Shown here piece by piece: positions 29,361 through 37,468 of a stretch of DNA of 64,000 nucleotides. The stretch is from positions 288,001 to 352,000 of the forward strand of contig CBDCWC010000002.1 of the NCBI GenBank assembly GCA_965223295.1. Direction: 5' to 3'. Source of the DNA: Nitrospirales bacterium (GTDB lineage Bacteria; Nitrospirota; Nitrospiria; Nitrospirales; UBA8639). The first letter of the stretch is position 1. Each line of letters opens with the position of its first letter. The notes beneath the pieces were generated by a model. That model was not told the DNA's origin. It did not search any database and was given only the letters and a program-made list of their open reading frames with translations. The position numbers and the translations under genes are program-made.

Positions 29361-29551
29361 TGGACTATTGAATAATGAAGATATCAATGGACATATATGC
29401 CCATCGTGATGTTAGGTACGAAGAGCTTTGGGGCAGTTCAAAAAAGTCCATCCAGCAAGGCCGCAGCCATTTTTGCGCGCGGAGCGTACTAATACTACGT
29501 GAGCACGGGAAAATGGCGAGAAAGCCGCTGGGGGTTTTTTTCAACAGCCCC
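29361..29551 (+). mobile_element. MITE family A, long form, at the imuA/imuB junction
   Basis: TIRs (T)GGACTATTGAA / TTCAACAGCCCC; CATGGT repeated at 29356-29361 and 29551-29556 (ends ambiguous by 1 bp). Confidence 0.85.
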
Positions 29552-30071
29552 ATGGTTGTTTGGTCACCATGACAGTGAGATCACCTGTGATGCCTTTCTG
29601 ATGAACATGAAGTTGCATGCGAATTGGCCATGCAGATTGTAGATAGTCTGAAAGAAGAATTAACACACAATTGGCTCTTTCTGTTGTTAGCTGCAAGCGT
29701 CGTAACATGGTCAAATTAAATGGTGCCGTATCGACAATCACGACCTGAAATAATTGACTGCGTAGGAGTTGGAGTGTCACCCACGGGACGTCTTTCCCAG
29801 CTTCATTAAACAGGAGCCGATCCAGGGCGACGTGTCGTTGAAGGACGGCGCAGGGATAGAGCGAGAGCACCGATTCTACCCAGGCCGCCTGTAAGTGAGG
29901 GTTTTCAGCAAGAAACTGCATCACAAGTTCAGTTTTCCCTTTTCCCGCAATTTCGGTCATGATTCCTCGTAGTATCCCAGATGGTATGAGTGAGCATTGG
30001 AATGTTTCCCTAGTTGGTGACTCATGAATTGCTCGAATCTGAGCGCGCAGCTGTTCTAATGATGACGACAT
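29541..30071 (-). CDS. imuA: ImuA, RecA-like accessory protein
   Basis: GILRGIMTEIAGKGKTE, LYPCAV, QVVIVD, LRRLQL. True start ATG 30071; the 37 upstream residues in the ORF track are MITE sequence. Confidence 0.85.
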   Translation of the reverse strand: MSSSLEQLRAQIRAIHESPTRETFQCSLIPSGILRGIMTEIAGKGKTELVMQFLAENPHLQAAWVESVLSLYPCAVLQRHVALDRLLFNEAGKDVPWVTLQLLRSQLFQVVIVDTAPFNLTMLRRLQLTTERANCVLILLSDYLQSAWPIRMQLHVHQKGITGDLTVMVTKQPWGC

Positions 30072-30212
30072 GGGCACCTCTAAAAACTGATGATTTTTTC
30101 TGAGAGGAAGGAAGCGGTGCGCGGAAAACCGCAGTGTATGGGCCAATACATGAGGATTTGAGCACGCCGCTGACGCCGCCATCGGGAAAAAGGATAGTTT
30201 TTAGAGGTGCCC
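30072..30212 (+). mobile_element. MITE family B at the lexA/imuA junction
   Basis: Perfect 17-bp TIR GGGCACCTCTAAAAACT; ACAT TSD at 30068-30071 and 30213-30216. Confidence 0.9.
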
Positions 30213-30218
30213 ACATGT

Positions 30219-30809
30219 TTATGGTAATGAGCGAAGCACACCGACTAAGACCCCTTCAATTCTAAATAAGTGAGGTGGCTTTACCGTTATGGCATCATAC
30301 TGAGCATTTGCCGGACGCAATTCGATTGCTTGACGTTTCTTGTAAAACTTTTTGAGTGTTGCTTCACCATCAATCGATGCAACAACGGTCTGCCCGTTAT
30401 GAGCTGTGAATTGCTTGCGGATGATCACATAATCACCATCAACAATCGCATCGTCGATCATTGAATTCCCTCGTACTTGAAGCACATAGTGATCAAACCC
30501 AGTCTTGAGGAAATTCGCTGGGACTTCTGTCAATTCGCCATGCATAACATGTTCGATGGGTTTGCCTGCCGCCACTTTGCCCAAAAGAGGAAGGCGATTG
30601 GCTGTTTGGGTGACAGCCACGCTCCTTTGTCGAGCCTGGGTTGTGAGATGCCCCTGTTCTTTGAGCCGTCGGACATAGGCTGACACGGTTCCTCGTGATT
30701 TGAATGAAAAATGATTGGCAATATCTTGATTGGATGGCGCATAGCTATGCCGATGTGTAAATTCCCGGATAAAGTCTATGACCTGTTTCTGTTTTGGGGT
30801 TAAAGCCAT
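30219..30809 (-). CDS. lexA: LexA repressor
   Basis: LTPKQ..wHTH; VAAG cleavage site; GNSM (Ser); TLKK (Lys). Confidence 0.95.
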   Translation of the reverse strand: MALTPKQKQVIDFIREFTHRHSYAPSNQDIANHFSFKSRGTVSAYVRRLKEQGHLTTQARQRSVAVTQTANRLPLLGKVAAGKPIEHVMHGELTEVPANFLKTGFDHYVLQVRGNSMIDDAIVDGDYVIIRKQFTAHNGQTVVASIDGEATLKKFYKKRQAIELRPANAQYDAITVKPPHLFRIEGVLVGVLRSLP

Positions 30810-30814
30810 AAAAA

Positions 30815-30844
30815 ATCATAATCGCTCAGATATCGCTCAGTCAA
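30815..30844 (-). promoter_or_regulatory. lexA promoter with direct-repeat operator
   Basis: TTGACT-N18-TATGAT; CTGAGCGAT repeated at an 11-bp period across the spacer. Confidence 0.7.
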
Positions 30845-30977
30845 GAGAACAGTTTTTTATGGCTTCAAACCCAAGAATTCAATCATCTTTTCGTTTGTAT
30901 TCTTCTGGCTTATGAGGGTATCGTAGCGACAGATGTGGTGAATTTTTTAACTATCAATGACATAAGGAGAGAGTCTT

Positions 30978-31424
30978 ATGAGAATGGTTATTCCTATGAT
31001 TATTTTGGTTCTTTTCCCTGTTTTGGTCTTTGCGCAAACCAATCCGGGGATGCCTCCCAATATGCCGATGGATAGGGAAAAGATGCAGAGGATGCAGGAG
31101 ATGCAGAAAAATATGCAAAATATGGATATGGGAAAATTGCAAGAAGCTATGGCGTGTATGAAAACGATTGATCGGTCGGCGTTAAAAGGATTAGACGAAG
31201 AAGGAAAGAAAATACAAGCCGAGCTGAAAGAGTTGTGCAGAAGTGGAAATCGTGATGAGGCACAGGAAAAGGCTATGGAGTACGGAAAAGACATGATGAG
31301 CAGGCCAGAAATCAAGAAAATGCGTGAATGCAGCAAGAAGGCTGAGGGCATGATGCCTAAAATGGGTTTTGAAGATTTGATGGAAGAGGGAAAAGATCGT
31401 CATGTCTGTGATGATTTTCCTTGA
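30978..31424 (+). CDS. secreted Met-rich helical hypothetical protein
   Basis: AAGGAG RBS; signal peptide (VFA-Q); four Cys. Confidence 0.75.
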   Translation: MRMVIPMIILVLFPVLVFAQTNPGMPPNMPMDREKMQRMQEMQKNMQNMDMGKLQEAMACMKTIDRSALKGLDEEGKKIQAELKELCRSGNRDEAQEKAMEYGKDMMSRPEIKKMRECSKKAEGMMPKMGFEDLMEEGKDRHVCDDFP

Positions 31425-31436
31425 ATCACTTGAGGG

Positions 31437-31524
31437 TATATTCCCCGCTGCTTGCGGCGTCATAAACTACTCGCATGAGCGAGTACATTCATAATACCCC
31501 GTCCGTTTGCGGCGGGGATCATTT
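31437..31524. repeat. REP-like paired palindrome element
   Basis: TCCCCGCTGCTTGCGGCG ... TACTCGC-ATGA-GCGAGTA ... CCCCGTCCGTTTGCGGCGGGGA. Confidence 0.6.
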
Positions 31525-31556
31525 ATTAGCGCCGTAAGAACGTATGAGAGAACAAG

Positions 31557-32069
31557 TTGTTTTTAAGACATTTAGGAAAATGTGTTTCCTTTTTATGCAT
31601 TTCCCTTTCTCTAGAGCATGTGAAAGTAGATGAAGGGGGAGAATGGAAAGGCATATTGTTGGTGAGACATTGGTGCCAATTTTTTACGTGTGCCATTATG
31701 CTCTGTTGGTCTATGGCGGCATGGGCGGAAATCGATCGAACTCTTCTGGTTGGAGATTGGTGTTTGGTGGATCAATCGATGCTGGGATATCGCTTTGAGT
31801 CCTCACCACCCAAAGTGATACGTGACAATTTGAAGACGAAAGTCGGACAACGTTATCAATTTATCGATAACCATACGGTGGACATACAGATGAATGATAA
31901 GACGAGTGCCAGGTTCACGTACAAAATTTCTGGCAAGAAACAAAACCGGATTCGCATTAAAAAGTGGGAGAGCTTTGCCGTGACTTCTTTGACAGACTCT
32001 GAAATGGTTGCGAAGGCCCTCGGTACAGTGAACCATCGTTTTATACATGGAACATGTGCAGAGCCGTGA
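31557..32069 (+). CDS. secreted hypothetical protein, lipocalin-like
   Basis: AAWA signal end followed by LLVGDW (lipocalin GxW); beta-rich. Start probably downstream. Confidence 0.6.
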   Translation: MFLRHLGKCVSFLCISLSLEHVKVDEGGEWKGILLVRHWCQFFTCAIMLCWSMAAWAEIDRTLLVGDWCLVDQSMLGYRFESSPPKVIRDNLKTKVGQRYQFIDNHTVDIQMNDKTSARFTYKISGKKQNRIRIKKWESFAVTSLTDSEMVAKALGTVNHRFIHGTCAEP

Positions 32070-32072
32070 GGT

Positions 32073-32525
32073 TTGAGTAGGGGGAATGAGCGTAAGTTAT
32101 TGAGTAATGAAATGAGGTGGAACATGATAGTACGGATCATCATGTTGGGTTTGGTTTTCCTGCCTAGCGGTCCCTTGTTCGTAAGTGCGGGAAAATGGAG
32201 TGGCTATATCACCGTATCCACAAAGGATGATGTGGTGCTGAGTTATCGACAGCGACTGCAAAAAGACGGGTGGTTTGTGGAATGGCGAGCGGAAAATAAA
32301 GGTGCTGATTGGGTAGAACCATTCACAAAATCTCGGATGTATCATTGTGCAGATGGAACCAAAAACAAGGAAAAAGAGAAAACGCTGGGTCCCTATCCTC
32401 CTGGTGATGTGCGAAGGGGAGGGATCAGGGATAGAGGAATTTGTCCAGGGAGTGAAATCCAGAACGTTGAAGTAGACATTGAGTTGCGTCCAGTTTCTGA
32501 CGCGATTCGAAGGATGTGGCAATAA
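32073..32525 (+). CDS. secreted hypothetical protein
   Basis: Signal peptide from MIVRII; two Cys. Start probably ~32124. Confidence 0.65.
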   Translation: MSRGNERKLLSNEMRWNMIVRIIMLGLVFLPSGPLFVSAGKWSGYITVSTKDDVVLSYRQRLQKDGWFVEWRAENKGADWVEPFTKSRMYHCADGTKNKEKEKTLGPYPPGDVRRGGIRDRGICPGSEIQNVEVDIELRPVSDAIRRMWQ

Positions 32526-32587
32526 CGTATGGAGGCAAGGGTTATCCTCAGATAACAAAACGATCAGACAGAAAGACGGAGGACTCT

Positions 32588-33889
32588 ATGAATGTGTATA
32601 AGTTGTGTAGGTTGTTCTTGGTTGTGGTCGTACTCGTACTCGTTAGTCCAATGGCTTCCGGCTATGCCCAAGGGCCTGGAGGAACATCCAACGAGGAACA
32701 GATGCAGCAGATGTTGGATATGATAAAAGGAATGAGCAAGGGGGCGGGACAGGGGAAAGGCATGGATGAGAGGACCCAAAAACAGCTAGAAAATATGTTT
32801 AAGGGGATGGGTCAGAAGATGGACAAACGTCAGGTCGCTCAGACCAAAAAGGAACAGGAACAGTTTGAGACGGAGACCGTTGGTCATGGGACCGCCATCG
32901 TGGAGGTGGAAGGGAAACGCTATGACCTGACGGTCACCACATGTGAACTCTGGGGGGGCGACTCTCGCGAGTTTAAGATCGAAGCGCGACAACCTCCTGC
33001 TAAGGGTGCCTGGAAACTTTCGATGAGGGCAGGCAAAAGTTCCAGGGTTGGACTGACATTTCAAGTTGGACGTAAGAAGGGCTATTGGCGGGAAGGAACG
33101 GGATCAGTAGACAAATCCTCCTCTTTGACCGTGAAGGACAATGGGCTTCAATGGACAGGCCTGGTTGACGAAAAAGACAACGTTCCAATAACGATCCAGG
33201 TCACTTGTGGTGCGGAGATGGTCAATTACTCCAAGCCAGCCAATCCGGGACAAAACACTTCTCCTCATGTCTTGACCTTGTCGTTGGGTAAGGAAATCTA
33301 TACCTTCCAGATAGGCTATTGCTCCACAGAAGCCTACCGAACTGGAAACTTAATGGTGGAATTTGATGTTACCGCCATGGGCACGTTTCGAGGAAGTCCA
33401 GCTATTCTTTTCCTGTCGAAAAGCCATCCGGTTGGGAGTCAGGGGAGAGATTTTGAAGAACTGGAATTATTGCTCGGGGAATTGACTGCAGAACAACGAA
33501 CGCTTCCCCCATTGAAAGTCAAACAAGAGCTTGACGAAAAGGTGAATGCCTTTTCCAGAGAAGCGAACGCGGCCATTCAAAAAAAGTATGATAAAGAGCG
33601 GGCCGTCATTCAGGAGAAATACGGTAAAGATGTGCCTCCAGACAAAGCCGTAGAGGCAACGGAGGCCTACCTAAAGATGGGGGATGCACAAGGCAAAGAG
33701 ATGGACAAGGTTCGAGAGCAAGTCAAGGCCATGCGATTTCCTGAAGCTAAAAATAATGGGACATTTACGATCAATGGAAAAGAGGTGCTGTATAAGGGGC
33801 CAAGACTTCGAATCCTCCATGGCAAAGATGTCCCCCAGTTCAAGAATTTAGAAGGTATTCCAGAAGTGCTGCTCACTTGTGAGACATAA
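32588..33889 (+). CDS. secreted hypothetical protein with duplicated beta domain
   Basis: GGAGG RBS, signal peptide, Met/Gln-rich helix, two similar Cys-bounded domains. Confidence 0.72.
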   Translation: MNVYKLCRLFLVVVVLVLVSPMASGYAQGPGGTSNEEQMQQMLDMIKGMSKGAGQGKGMDERTQKQLENMFKGMGQKMDKRQVAQTKKEQEQFETETVGHGTAIVEVEGKRYDLTVTTCELWGGDSREFKIEARQPPAKGAWKLSMRAGKSSRVGLTFQVGRKKGYWREGTGSVDKSSSLTVKDNGLQWTGLVDEKDNVPITIQVTCGAEMVNYSKPANPGQNTSPHVLTLSLGKEIYTFQIGYCSTEAYRTGNLMVEFDVTAMGTFRGSPAILFLSKSHPVGSQGRDFEELELLLGELTAEQRTLPPLKVKQELDEKVNAFSREANAAIQKKYDKERAVIQEKYGKDVPPDKAVEATEAYLKMGDAQGKEMDKVREQVKAMRFPEAKNNGTFTINGKEVLYKGPRLRILHGKDVPQFKNLEGIPEVLLTCET

Positions 33890-33956
33890 CCTTGGTCTGT
33901 TGGTAGTCCTGATTGTAGTTTTGGAATAGTTGGATATTCTGGAAAAATATTCTTTG

Positions 33957-36620
33957 ATGGGTGATGATTTCAATCGAGTGAAGTATCTCCTGCTATTCTT
34001 GCTGGGAGTTTTCTGGATTGTGATGCCAATGTCTTCTGCTGCAGAAGAGTGGCCGATCAAAGAGTTTAAGGTTATTCGCAATAACCCATCTCCAACGACC
34101 TGGGCTGATGTTCAAACTGCAAAACTCCGTGTGAAATTAGGCACGTCTCCTCAAAAGTATGCCGATGCCGTAGAAGCCCGATACAACTATGAACAAAGTA
34201 ATTTTAGTAAAAAAGTGTCCTTGGCCACGGCGCAAGAAATTGAAAAATGGTTGCACGCGGTGGCGCAAGCCTATGAGGATATGGGCTTTCTGAACCCTCA
34301 CTATGGCAATACCAGTATGGTTTCTGGCCAAAAGAAATTCTTAGTATACGTGTATCCTTTTTACGATGCGTATGCGGCATACAATGGGATTTGTGCATCT
34401 AATCCCAAGACGCACATTCGAATAGATTCTGTTCGCAGTATTAAACCCGATGGTTCCCTGACCGCCAAAGCTTATCAAGATATTGCGCATGAACTCTTCC
34501 ACGCCGTTCAACATCGGTATGATCTATTTTCGAAAAGTTGTAATGTCGGTGAGTGGATAACTGAAGGGACTGCCGAAGCCGTTGGCATAGAAATGGCCAG
34601 AAAGTTATATCCGAAAAAAGCCCCGTACACCATCTGTCAAATAGGAAAGCGTTTTTACAACCAAAGACTTTACACGAATGCTGGCTCAAGTGTTGGTGCA
34701 AGTCCTCCCTGCCAAGAAGCCAAACTTGACTATCAAGCACTGTCATTTTGGCAATTTTTAGGAGAATATGCCCACAGGAAGTTTATGGGAGACTATGCCG
34801 AGAAGGGGTATCTTGCGACGGAAGAATTTGTCCCACCAGACTTTCGTTATCTCCATAACTTTTTTAGTAGAACCCACAGCATGGGAAGCCCTGCGAAGGA
34901 ATATGTCTGGCTGAATAAGGTTCTCCGGCAAAATAATCGGTACGGGAAACATCAATTTGGCATCATACTTCATACAGCCTACTCCCGATTTGTGGGAACC
35001 TTTGCATCATATTGGAAAGAAAAGCGAATGAGTCGATATCCTGGTGCTGTGGGAGGGGCCAGCCAGGCAGCTCAAGAAGAGAAATGGATGAAATGGATTT
35101 TTGGAGCCTGTGCACCGGTGATTGTCAATAAAGGAGCTTCCATTCCACCAGTGACATTGGCGATCGGACCAGTTGCGGCTCAATGTCTTAAGATGACCTT
35201 TAATGGCTTTGAGAAAGATGAACGAGTTGGGTTAACGTTTTTCGCATCGGGAGACAACCAGAGTATCGATCAGGAATCACTCGCGATTAGTACAGATGGA
35301 GGGAAGAAAATTATTCGCCGACATCCTGCTGAACAAGTGGCGGACAGAATTGGGAAATTCCCCAAAATTGCTGCCACGACAGACCCTCAATATTTCATTG
35401 TTTCAAATGTGGCCAAAAAGGCTGCGACCACGAAGGCCATTGAACCTGTTTTGACGATTGTTCAGGAAAGTATTTCCACCAACTTAGCTAAAGAAAAAAA
35501 AGATCCAGAGGATCCAGACCCATCTGAAAAGCAAGAGCGTGAACATGCCAGAAAGTCACGGAGCTGGAAAGGCCAGGCTTGGCAGGATGATCGGAGGACA
35601 TGCAAAAGGCCATTTGAGGCTGCCCCGTGTGGCCGAACCACTAACCTTCACTTGAGTCTCGTGCCTGACACGGCCCACCTTCTTGATACGCTGAAAGAAC
35701 CCTCTATGACCTGGGAACGGAAGTTTCGCATGTTTGACGATGTAGTTCAAGATGGAGGCGAATCCTTTGTTTCAGATTATTTGGATGACCTGTATGAGAT
35801 CCAACAGCAAGATGGATGGGAGGTAAATATCATCATTTCCCAAATCCAACCTGGATTTACAGGAACCATTTCGAATGCCCATATCCAGGTGGCCAAAGCT
35901 GTTCCTCAGCGTGGTAGCTATAAGGCCTTAGGGCCTTGGGCTGGATCTTGTACAAAGGGCTATCGCCCGGCTACCGGGCAAGTCATGATTGAGGAGTTTT
36001 CAAAATATGTGTTGAAAGGAACTTTTTCTGCACAATTGGTCGATAGCAAGATGTTTGAGCCCTGTCAAACAGCTCCTATTGTTCAGTCTGATGGGGGACC
36101 ATTCAGCATTACCGAGATAGGTGGACATCTGAACATCGATATACCGCCACCCTCAGACGAAGCGATCATCGATCGGACTATCGAGGATACGAACGAGCTC
36201 TTGCCGGACTTGATTACTGATGATCTGCGGGAACATATTAAGGAGAAAGCCAAACAAGAACGGGAAAAGCAGAGACAAGAGAAACAGGAAAACTCGTCTA
36301 CGAAAAACGGGACAGGTTCGATGCCATCATGTGATTGCCAATGTCATATGGAGAAGACCTATTGTGAGGCGGATCCGACATCACGTTGCTGCCAAACTTG
36401 CGAACCTGTTTTTTTAATGTGTAATGGCAATAAGAAAGGGCATTCGGATCCTGTAACAGCCGATGACGTTCGGGAGATGCGGAAACAGTATGAAGCCTAT
36501 CTGGATGCTCATGGAATGGCGGGAATGGCCGATATCAAACAGCAAATGATGCAAGCATTCGATGAGATCCCAACAGCCGAAGAGAAGCGCATGTTCATCA
36601 AAGTTCTCCCCGAGAAATGA
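33957..36620 (+). CDS. secreted zinc metallopeptidase-like protein
   Basis: Signal peptide; AHELFHAVQ followed by WITEGTAE (gluzincin-type); Cys-rich C-terminus. Confidence 0.72.
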   Translation: MGDDFNRVKYLLLFLLGVFWIVMPMSSAAEEWPIKEFKVIRNNPSPTTWADVQTAKLRVKLGTSPQKYADAVEARYNYEQSNFSKKVSLATAQEIEKWLHAVAQAYEDMGFLNPHYGNTSMVSGQKKFLVYVYPFYDAYAAYNGICASNPKTHIRIDSVRSIKPDGSLTAKAYQDIAHELFHAVQHRYDLFSKSCNVGEWITEGTAEAVGIEMARKLYPKKAPYTICQIGKRFYNQRLYTNAGSSVGASPPCQEAKLDYQALSFWQFLGEYAHRKFMGDYAEKGYLATEEFVPPDFRYLHNFFSRTHSMGSPAKEYVWLNKVLRQNNRYGKHQFGIILHTAYSRFVGTFASYWKEKRMSRYPGAVGGASQAAQEEKWMKWIFGACAPVIVNKGASIPPVTLAIGPVAAQCLKMTFNGFEKDERVGLTFFASGDNQSIDQESLAISTDGGKKIIRRHPAEQVADRIGKFPKIAATTDPQYFIVSNVAKKAATTKAIEPVLTIVQESISTNLAKEKKDPEDPDPSEKQEREHARKSRSWKGQAWQDDRRTCKRPFEAAPCGRTTNLHLSLVPDTAHLLDTLKEPSMTWERKFRMFDDVVQDGGESFVSDYLDDLYEIQQQDGWEVNIIISQIQPGFTGTISNAHIQVAKAVPQRGSYKALGPWAGSCTKGYRPATGQVMIEEFSKYVLKGTFSAQLVDSKMFEPCQTAPIVQSDGGPFSITEIGGHLNIDIPPPSDEAIIDRTIEDTNELLPDLITDDLREHIKEKAKQEREKQRQEKQENSSTKNGTGSMPSCDCQCHMEKTYCEADPTSRCCQTCEPVFLMCNGNKKGHSDPVTADDVREMRKQYEAYLDAHGMAGMADIKQQMMQAFDEIPTAEEKRMFIKVLPEK

Positions 36621-36638
36621 CACATGCTACAAATAATA

Positions 36639-36655
36639 AGGGGTCAGACACGAAT
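36639..36655 (+). repeat. 17-bp dispersed repeat, copy 1
   Basis: AGGGGTCAGACACGAAT, identical to 38333-38349. Confidence 0.8.
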
Positions 36656-36780
36656 TAATGGACTCCAATTTTGTCCCTAACTGTATAACGGGAACAACGT
36701 AGTCTCTAAGGTGCGAGAGGACATGGATCCTTAAGCGTTTCATTTGCTTGCTCTCATAGGTATCCATAGCTTTTGAAAAT

Positions 36781-37095
36781 TCAATTGGTACGAGTTTTGG
36801 TGCATCCCTTCGTGATCTGTGAGAGTTTGTCCATAAATGCATCGTGGTTCTCTCCGAGTTGGGAAACAACTTTTCTATCTCCTTGCATGAGCGCCAACGC
36901 CATAGCTTGTTCTTTGGGCGACATGATCTCATTGGCAGTTGCTTGCCCACATTCGCAATTCTCTGGCGTATCCTTTTTCTCTGCAATACAAAAGTTTTGT
37001 AATGAGTCATGCTGAGATATGTTCGAACCCAGGGCATATGTTCCGAGGCTGAGATTGCCTACAAATATAGCACACCAAATACAAAGTAATTTCAT
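36781..37095 (-). CDS. small secreted Cys-containing hypothetical protein
   Basis: AAGGAG RBS; signal peptide; C..CEC..C. Confidence 0.7.
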   Translation of the reverse strand: MKLLCIWCAIFVGNLSLGTYALGSNISQHDSLQNFCIAEKKDTPENCECGQATANEIMSPKEQAMALALMQGDRKVVSQLGENHDAFMDKLSQITKGCTKTRTN

Positions 37096-37396
37096 GATGA
37101 CTCCTTTCTTCTAAGGGTGATTTGCTACATTAGTCATTTTCCGTTTTCTTTTTAGAAAGAATTTCTCGTTTCCTCACCTCCTTCTTATTCGGATTCTCCA
37201 AACCTAAGGGTTTTGGGGTGATCTGAGTGAGCATATTTGTATCTTTTTAGATATTGACTCGTATCTAAAAGGATAACATTTCTATCATTTGCTGTTGAAT
37301 CAGCCTATGTATTCCAGACCTCATGCATGGTAAACGTTCCAAGAAAATAGAAAGTGTTTCAGTAAATTCTCTGGATATGAAGAAGGAGGTTAGCTT

Positions 37397-37412
37397 TGGT
37401 ATAGACCTTGCT
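37397..37412 (+). promoter_or_regulatory. putative sigma54 promoter
   Basis: TGGTATAGACCTTGCT = GG-N10-GC. Confidence 0.6.
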
Positions 37413-37468
37413 TTAATTTCTATTATTAGATCCCTTGACAGTTTCTTGCTTTCGAAAACACATCAAAT

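Noticed and set aside
7178-29572. Short ORFs at 7178, 10499, 16328, 16401, 22123, 29365 and 29375 that resemble each other
   Set aside because: All are read through MITE family A; no evidence of real coding.
30072-30182. N-terminal extension of ImuA, similar to ORF 45809..46042
   Set aside because: The shared PHVLAHTLRFSA peptide is translated MITE family B sequence.
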